The notes beneath the pieces were generated by a model. The model had not been told where the DNA came from. It made no database searches and was given only the letters and a program-made list of their open reading frames with translations. A stretch of 13,369 bases of DNA. Origin: Candidatus Eiseniibacteriota bacterium. GTDB taxonomy: Bacteria > Eisenbacteria > RBG-16-71-46 > CAZEPH01. This document shows positions 1-9,145 of this stretch, piece after piece. Both the position numbers and the translations under genes were made by a program. The stretch covers positions 1 through 13,369 of the forward strand of contig JBGATO010000088.1 of assembly GCA_044229145.1 (NCBI GenBank). The letters are read 5' to 3'. How positions within the stretch are numbered: position 1 is the first letter of the stretch; each line of letters starts with the position of its first letter.

Positions 1-1385
1 TGATGCGCATGCCGGTCGATGGCGGCGCCCCAGTGCCGGTGTGTGATGCGAAGACGGGACGCGGCGGCTCCTGGAGCCGCAAAGGCGTGATCGTGTTCGC
101 GAACTCGATCGAGGGGCCGCTGTCGCGCGTCGACGCCACGGGTGGCGCGGTGTCGCCGGTCACCACGCTCGATGCGTCGCGGCACGAAGTGGGTCATCGC
201 TTCCCGTGCTTCCTGCCGGACGGCAATCACTTCCTCTACACGGCCATCCCGGCGGGTCCGCACGGCTTCAACGTGTTCGTGGGCTCGTTGTCGTCGAAGC
301 AGGCGACGTTCGTTTTGAGCGCGGGGTGTGCACCGGTCTACGCCGCCCCGGGCTACGTGGTGTTCACGCGCGAGGGGCACATCGTGGCGCAGCGGTTCGA
401 CGCGCGCGCGCTGAAGGTGACGGGCGATCCGATCGTCGTCGCCGATGCGCCGCCGCCGACCGACACGGATGCCGAGCCGGTGGCGTCCGCGTCGCGCACC
501 GGGCATCTCGCGTTTCTGCGCGGCAGCGATCCGCGCACCGGTTTACGCTGGTTCGACCGTCACGGCGCCGCCGGCGAGCCGCCCGCGCTGCCGGCTGGTT
601 CGTGGGCGGTGCGGGCGGTGTCGCCGGATGCCCGGCGCGCGGTTCTGCGAAATGGGCAGGACCTGTGGATCGCGGACGTCACGCGTGGCATTCCGACGCG
701 CCTCGCCTCGGTGCACTCCGTCGACGCGACAGCGGCGTTCTCGCCGGACGGCACGCGCATCGCGTACACGTCGCAAGAGTCGGGGCGCATGGAGGTGTAC
801 GTCACGAGCGCCGACGGCAGCGGCACCTCGCTGCGGATTCCCTCGAGCGACACGCAGTTCAAATACGTCGGCGAATGGACGCCGGACGGACAATCTATCC
901 TGCTGCAGTCGGCCGATCCGGTGACGCAAGGCGATCTCTGGGTGCTGCCGGCGCGTGCAAACGGCCGGCCGACGGCGTTTCTGCGCACGTCGTATTTCGA
1001 GAATTCGCCGACTGTCTCACCGGATGGTCGCTGGATCGCATACACGTCCGATGAATCGGGCGCCAGCGAAATCTATGTGCAGTCGTTCCCGACGCCCGGA
1101 CACAAGGTGCGAATCACGGCGTCGGGTGGCTTTATGCCGACGTGGGCGCTCGGCGGACGCGAACTCCAATACAACAACGACAAGGACCAGCGCGTCGCCG
1201 TGCCGATCGCGGACGGCCCCGAGGTGCAGCCCGGCACGCCGCATGTGCTCTTCACTTTCCCCCCGCGCATCACCAGTGGCGCGGCGACACGCGACGGCGA
1301 GCGTCTGCTGCTGGGCGCCGTGCTCGAGGCGCCGCGGACCGATATCCAGTTGTTCGCGCACTGGGCGGACGGCTTGACGCGATGA
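1..1385 (+). CDS. Gene 1 (5'-truncated by window): C-terminal TolB/PD40-like beta-propeller, most likely of a receptor-like Ser/Thr kinase
   Basis: Frame 3 is open to TGA 1383-1385. It has repeated (S/T/L)PDG blade motifs (FLPDGNHFLY, FSPDGTRIAY, WTPDGQSI, VSPDGRWIAYTSDESG). Its start (LMRMPVDGGAPVPVC) aligns with the internal GKLMRTTPDGGDPVTLC of gene 6, so ATG 3 is internal and the kinase domain is inferred to lie upstream of the window. Confidence 0.85.
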   Translation, partial: MRMPVDGGAPVPVCDAKTGRGGSWSRKGVIVFANSIEGPLSRVDATGGAVSPVTTLDASRHEVGHRFPCFLPDGNHFLYTAIPAGPHGFNVFVGSLSSKQATFVLSAGCAPVYAAPGYVVFTREGHIVAQRFDARALKVTGDPIVVADAPPPTDTDAEPVASASRTGHLAFLRGSDPRTGLRWFDRHGAAGEPPALPAGSWAVRAVSPDARRAVLRNGQDLWIADVTRGIPTRLASVHSVDATAAFSPDGTRIAYTSQESGRMEVYVTSADGSGTSLRIPSSDTQFKYVGEWTPDGQSILLQSADPVTQGDLWVLPARANGRPTAFLRTSYFENSPTVSPDGRWIAYTSDESGASEIYVQSFPTPGHKVRITASGGFMPTWALGGRELQYNNDKDQRVAVPIADGPEVQPGTPHVLFTFPPRITSGAATRDGERLLLGAVLEAPRTDIQLFAHWADGLTR

Positions 1386-1439
1386 CGCGCGCGCTCGGCA
1401 GACGCTTCCGGGAAATCGCGTGCCGCCCGCTCGTCGCGC

Positions 1440-1448
1440 TGCTAAATT
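1440..1448 (+). promoter_or_regulatory. Putative extended -10 promoter element (TG-C-TAAATT) upstream of gene 2
   Basis: TGnTAnnnT match in the most AT-rich patch of the 104-bp intergenic gap; weak -35-like GTGCCG at 1420-1425 with a 17-bp spacer. Confidence 0.5.
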
Positions 1449-1475
1449 AGTCAGACTCCACGAGTCGCCTCAGAC

Positions 1476-1480
1476 GAGGG
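1476..1480 (+). promoter_or_regulatory. Putative Shine-Dalgarno site (GAGGG) for gene 2
   Basis: GAGGG ends 9 nt before ATG 1490. Confidence 0.5.
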
Positions 1481-1489
1481 TCCCCGCCC

Positions 1490-4146
1490 ATGCTGCAGCC
1501 CGGCACCAAACTCGGAGTCTACGACGTCGTCGCGCCGCTCGGCGCTGGCGGCATGGGCGAGGTCTATCGCGCCAAGGACACGCGTCTCGGCCGCGAGGTC
1601 GCGATCAAAGTCCTCCCGCAGCATCTCAGCGCGAACCCCGATGTCCGCGTGCGCTTCGAGCGCGAAGCCAAGACGATCTCGTCGCTCAATCACCCGAACA
1701 TCTGCACGCTGTTCGACGTCGGTCGCGAAGGCGAGACCGACTTCCTGGTGATGGAACTCATCGAGGGCGAGACGCTCGCCACGCGGCTCGCGCGCGGCGC
1801 ATTGCCGGTGGCTGACATGCTGCGCATCGGCGCGCAGGTGGCCGACGCCTTCGACCGTGCGCATCGCGCCGGCGTCATCCACCGCGACCTCAAGCCGGGC
1901 AACGTCATGCTGACGAAGTCGGGCGCCAAGCTGATGGACTTCGGCCTCGCGCGCGCCACCGACCTGGCCGGCCCGGCGAGCGCCAGTGGCGTGACGATGG
2001 CGGCATTGACCCGCACCAACGCGATGAACTCGCCGCTCACCGCCGAAGGGTCGCTCGTCGGCACGTTCCAGTACATGGCGCCCGAGCAACTCGACGGCAA
2101 GGACGCCGATGCGCGCAGCGACCTGTGGGCGCTCGGCTGCGTGCTCTACGAGATGGCGTCCGGCAAGCGCGCCTACGAAGGCGCGACGCAAGCCTCGCTC
2201 ATCAGCGCGATCATGCGCGACACGCCGCGGCCGTTGGCCGATCTCATGCCGTTGACGCCGCCGGCGCTCGACCGGTTGGTCACCGCGCTCTTGTCGAAGG
2301 ATCCTGACGACCGCATCCAGACCGCGCACGACGTGAAGCTGCAACTCGACTGGATCGCCGAGGGCGGCTCGCGGGCCGGCGTGCCGGCGCCGGTGGCGCT
2401 CAAGCGCAAGGGGCGCGAGCGGCTGGCGTGGAGCGTCGCGGCGGTGGCGGGCGTCGCCGCCGTCGCGCTCGCGATTCTCGCACTGCGCGGCGGCCACGCA
2501 ACGCACGAGATCGCGCGCTTCGAAATCGCGCTGCCGCCGGAGATCTCCTCGGCCGGCTCGCCGCGCATCTCGCCGGATGGACGCTACATCGCGTTCGATG
2601 CCATCGACACCACCGGGACCGCGCGGCTGTGGCTGCGCCCGCTGAGCTCGCTGACGGTGCAAGTGATTCCGGGGAGCGACGGCACCAACGCGCGCCCGTT
2701 CTGGTCGCCCGACAGCCGCTTCATCGCGTTCATGGCCGGCGGCAAACTCAAGAAGGTGCCGGTCACCGGCGGACCGGCGCAGGTCATCTGCGATGCGCCC
2801 ACCGGATTCGACGGCGCGTGGAGCAGCCGCGGCATCATCGCCTTCGATGGTGCGGCCACCGATCCGATCATGCAGGTGCCGGCCGGCGGCGGCACGCCGC
2901 GCCCGCTGGTGAAGTCGGATTCGCTGAGCGTGGGGTGGCCGGAATTCACGCCCGACGGCAAGCACTTGATCTTCCTGCGCATTCGGGGCGGCGGTTCTGG
3001 CGACCTCTGCGTCCTCGACGTCGGGAGCGGCAAGCAACGGACTCTCGGCGTCAGCGGCGGGCGCGCGCAGTACTCGCCTGCCGGCTACTTGTTGTACACC
3101 AAGGAACGGACGCTTCTCGCCCAGCGCTTCGACGCGCGCAGCGCCAAGATCTCCGGCGATCCCGTCCCGGTCATCGAAGGCGTGAGCACGGGGGGCAACG
3201 GCCTGTCGCACTTCTCGGTGTCGCGCGCCGGCACGCTCGTGTACTCCGGCGCGGCGGTAGCCGAAGGTTTTCGATTGCTCTGGAAGGATCGGCTCGGCCG
3301 CACGCTGTCCGAGGTCGGCACGGCCGGCAACATCAACAACATCAGCCTCGCACCCGATGCCAAGCGTGTCGCGCTGCGCATCATGGACACGCAAACCTCC
3401 AACCGGGACGTCTGGGTGATCGACTCCGTGCGTGGCACCAGCACACGCCTCACCTTCGATCCCGGAAGCGAGAACACGCCGGTGTTTTCGCCCGACGGCA
3501 CCTGGGTCGTCTACAACTCGTCGCGCGGCGGAGGCGCGGTGGGAGCGAGCCTCTTCATGCGGGCCGCCAACGGCGCGGGCAGCGAGCAGCTGTTGTTGCG
3601 CACGCCGGCGGACAAACTCGTGAACGACTGGTCGCGCGATGGCCGCTTCCTCTCCGTCACACAGACCGATTCGGGGACCGCGCAGGACATCGTGATCCTG
3701 CCGATGACGGGCGACCACACGCCGGTCACCTTCCTGCGCACGCCCGCCGTCGAAGGGCACGCGCGCTTCTCGCCGGACGGCACGCTGCTGGCCTACACCT
3801 CCAACGAGTCTGGACACTTCGAAGTCTACGTGCAGCAGTTCCCCGGCCCGGGCGGCAAGTGGCAGGTCTCGACTCGCGGCGGCTTCCAGCCGACGTGGCG
3901 CGCCGACGGCCGCGAACTGTACTACATCGCCGCGGACGGCCGCCTCATGGCGGTGCCGGTCACCGAGGCCGGCGGCTTCAGCGCGGGCGTGCCGGCACCG
4001 CTGTTCAATACGCACCTCACGGTCTCCGTGTCGACCTCGGAGTATCAGCCGTCGGCCGATGGCCAGAGCTTCCTGGTGATCGGCCAGGAAGACATCCGCG
4101 CGCCGTTCGCGCTGGTGCAGAACTGGGCGACGGGATTGGCCAAGCA

Positions 4147-4150
<4 letters not shown>
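1490..4150 (+). CDS. Gene 2: receptor-like Hanks-type Ser/Thr kinase (kinase - TM - PD40/TolB-like beta-propeller), 886 aa
   Basis: Intact motifs GAGGMGEVY, VAIK, HRDLKPGN, DFG, GTFQYMAPE, SDLWALG. Basic KRKGRER precedes hydrophobic LAWSVAAVAGVAAVALAILAL (~2423-2485). Many SPDG-type repeats follow; C-terminus ALVQNWATGLAKQ. Confidence 0.95.
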
Positions 4151-6447
<2,297 letters not shown>

Positions 6448-6487
6448 CGGGCGCCACGCCGTGCTTCCCTCGCACCCGCGGAGCGGG

Positions 6488-6493
6488 TAACCT
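6488..6493 (+). promoter_or_regulatory. Putative -10 hexamer (TAACCT) positioned for leaderless transcription of gene 4
   Basis: TAnnnT lies 6 nt before ATG 6500; TTCCCT at 6465-6470 is 17 bp upstream; no SD at normal spacing. Confidence 0.45.
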
Positions 6494-6499
6494 CTACCG

Positions 6500-9145
6500 A
6501 TGCCCCTATCCCCCGGATCCCGCCTCGGTCCCTACGAAATCGTCGCGCCCTTGGGCGCCGGCGGCATGGGCGAAGTGTATCGCGCCCGCGACACGCGGCT
6601 GGGCCGCGAGGTTGCGGTCAAGGTGCTGCCGCAGCATCTGAGTGCGAATCCCGAACTGCGCGCGCGCTTCGAGCGCGAGGCGAAGACGATCTCGGCGCTC
6701 AATCATCCGCACATCTGCACGCTGTTCGACGTCGGGCGCGAAGGCGAGACCGACTTCCTGGTGATGGAGTTGATGGAGGGCGAGCCGCTGAGTGCGCGGC
6801 TCGCGCGCGGCGCGCTGCCGCTGAACGAGACGTTGCGCGTCGGCGCGCAGATCGCCGAAGCGCTCGACCGCGCCCACCGCGCCGGCGTCGTGCACCGCGA
6901 TCTCAAGCCCGGCAACATCATGCTGACGAAAGCCGGCGCGAAGTTGATGGACTTCGGCCTGGCGCGCGCCACCGACAGCACCGGCCCCGCGAGCGCCAGT
7001 GGCGTGACGATGGCCGCGCTCACGCAGACGGCGCCGGGCGCGTCGCCGCTCACCGCCGAAGGCGCGCTGGTCGGCACCTTCCAATATATGGCGCCGGAAC
7101 AACTCGAAGGCGGCGACGCCGACGCGCGCAGCGACCTGTGGGCGCTCGGCTGCGTGCTGTACGAGATGGCGAGTGGCACGCGCGCCTTCGACGGCAAGAG
7201 TCAGGCATCGCTCATCACCGCGATCATGGGCCGCGAACCGGCGCCCATCAGTCAGGTCGCGCCGCTCACGCCGCCCGCGCTCGAGCGCATCGTCGAAGCG
7301 TGTCTCGCGAAGGATCCGGCGGACCGCGTGCAAAGCGCGCACGACGTCCGGCTGCAACTGCAGTGGCTGGCGGGCGGGGGATCGCAGTCCGGCGTCGTGC
7401 CGCCCGCCGTGACGGTTGCGCCGGTGGCACCAGCGCGGGCTCGCCGCGCGAAGTTCGTCGCGGCGCTGGCCGGCGTGCTGCTCGTCGGCGCGCTCGCCGG
7501 CTACTTTGCCCGCGATCGCACGGCGCCGACGTCTGTCGGCAGCGCGGACGTCACCTACAAGGCGCTGACCTTCGAGGACGGCTTCGTGTTCGGCGCACGC
7601 TTCGCGCCCGACGGCCGCACGATCGTCTACAGCGCCGACTGGGACGATCACCCGCGCGACGTCTACGTCACCAGCCTCGACAGCCCGGACTATCGCCCGC
7701 TCGGCCTGATGGGCGCCGACCTGCTCGCGGTCTCGCGCTCCGGCGAACTCGCCATCCTCGACCACTCGACGCTGCCGACGAGCAATGCGTGGGGGCGCGT
7801 CGGGACGCTCGCGCGGGCATCGCTCACCGGCGGCGCGGCGCGTGCGGAACTCGAGAACGTGCGCTATGCCGACATCGCGGCCGATGGCACGACGGCGGTG
7901 GTGCGGCTCACGCGCGGGCTCGCGACCCTGGAGTATCCACCAGGGAATCTGTTGGCCTCCTGCCCCAACGCGGGAACGGCGATCAGCCAGGTCGCGGGCA
8001 TCTTCAATCCGCGCATTTCCCCGGACGGCAAACACGTCGGCTTCTTCGAACGGCGCGGCGCGGATTCGCTCTTCGTGCGCGTCGTGGACCGCGAGGGCAA
8101 GACGGTGGCCCGCAGCCCGCTCATCGCCGACTGGTGGGGCATCGCGTGGTCGCCGCGCGGCGATCTGTGGTACGGCTCGAACGACGTCGCTGGCGCCCAA
8201 ACGATCCTGAATAGTCTCGACCTGCGCGGTCACCGTCGCATTCTCTACCGCTCGCCGGGCTCGCTGACGTTGCACGACATCTCGCCAGCGGGCGACGTGC
8301 TCGCGACCATCGAGCACACGCCTACCCACGTCGAAGTCCTCTCCGCGGGTGAGAGTACGCCCGTAAACCGTTCGTGGCGCGGCGCCGGCGATTTGTCTGC
8401 CGCATCCGATCGCCGCCAGCTCCTGCTCTCGCAGTTTGGCGAGAGCGGCGGCGAGAAAGGCGCAGTCTACTTCTGGGATGCGGCGGCCCGCGAGCCGGTG
8501 AAGATCGCCGATGGACGTGGCGTCGCATTGTCGTTCGACGGCCGGCAAGCGCTTGTGGTGTCGGTGACGTCGCCGATCCAGGCGTCGATCGTCTCGACCG
8601 GCGCCGGGCAGCCGCGGACGCTGAATCTCGGTGCGATCGCCAAGTTGAGTTGGGGTGGCTGGCGGCCGGATGGGTCGATCGTCTTGGACGTGGTGCGGCC
8701 CGGCCTGCGCTCCGCCGTGTATGTGCTGTCAGCGGACGGTCGGACGCTCGCCGAGTCTCTCCCGGCAGGGATGGCGCTGCGCGGCGGCAATCTGATCTCG
8801 CCGGACGGTGCGCGCATCGTTGCGGTCGATGTCGATGGTCGGCCGATGCTCTGCACCTTCGGCAGCAAGAGCGGCGTGCCGCTGCCCGGCGCGCAGGTGA
8901 CGGACGAAGTTGCCGCATGGGCGCCCGACGGCAGGTCGGTGTTCGTCTATGGCCATCAGTCCACGCCCGCGCGGATCGAGCGACTCGACATCATCACGGG
9001 AGCGCGCTCACCCTGGAAGCAAATCACGCCGCTGGAGCCCGCGGTCACCGGCTTGCAGAAGGTGATCGTGCTGCCCGACGGCAGCGTCACCTATGGTTAC
9101 AGCCGTTACCAAAGCGAACTGTTCCTGATTCGAGGGTTGAAGTAG
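6500..9145 (+). CDS. Gene 4: receptor-like Ser/Thr kinase (kinase - TM - divergent PD40-type beta-propeller), 881 aa
   Basis: Intact kinase motifs (HRDLKPGN, DFG, GTFQYMAPE). RARRAK precedes TM FVAALAGVLLVGALAGYFA (~7454-7510). Propeller motifs FAPDGRTIVY, ISPDGKHV, ISPDGARI, WAPDGRSV. It ends SELFLIRGLK, unlike the (N/H)W-containing ending of genes 1, 2 and 5. Confidence 0.95.
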   Translation: MPLSPGSRLGPYEIVAPLGAGGMGEVYRARDTRLGREVAVKVLPQHLSANPELRARFEREAKTISALNHPHICTLFDVGREGETDFLVMELMEGEPLSARLARGALPLNETLRVGAQIAEALDRAHRAGVVHRDLKPGNIMLTKAGAKLMDFGLARATDSTGPASASGVTMAALTQTAPGASPLTAEGALVGTFQYMAPEQLEGGDADARSDLWALGCVLYEMASGTRAFDGKSQASLITAIMGREPAPISQVAPLTPPALERIVEACLAKDPADRVQSAHDVRLQLQWLAGGGSQSGVVPPAVTVAPVAPARARRAKFVAALAGVLLVGALAGYFARDRTAPTSVGSADVTYKALTFEDGFVFGARFAPDGRTIVYSADWDDHPRDVYVTSLDSPDYRPLGLMGADLLAVSRSGELAILDHSTLPTSNAWGRVGTLARASLTGGAARAELENVRYADIAADGTTAVVRLTRGLATLEYPPGNLLASCPNAGTAISQVAGIFNPRISPDGKHVGFFERRGADSLFVRVVDREGKTVARSPLIADWWGIAWSPRGDLWYGSNDVAGAQTILNSLDLRGHRRILYRSPGSLTLHDISPAGDVLATIEHTPTHVEVLSAGESTPVNRSWRGAGDLSAASDRRQLLLSQFGESGGEKGAVYFWDAAAREPVKIADGRGVALSFDGRQALVVSVTSPIQASIVSTGAGQPRTLNLGAIAKLSWGGWRPDGSIVLDVVRPGLRSAVYVLSADGRTLAESLPAGMALRGGNLISPDGARIVAVDVDGRPMLCTFGSKSGVPLPGAQVTDEVAAWAPDGRSVFVYGHQSTPARIERLDIITGARSPWKQITPLEPAVTGLQKVIVLPDGSVTYGYSRYQSELFLIRGLK

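Noticed and set aside
2428..4146. N-terminal extension of the 1339-aa ORF 2428..6447
   Set aside because: Arg/Ala/Gly-rich off-frame reading that overlaps gene 2; kinase homology begins at ATG 4147.
6474..6488. Intrinsic terminator after gene 3
   Set aside because: Only a 6-bp stem with no following U-tract.
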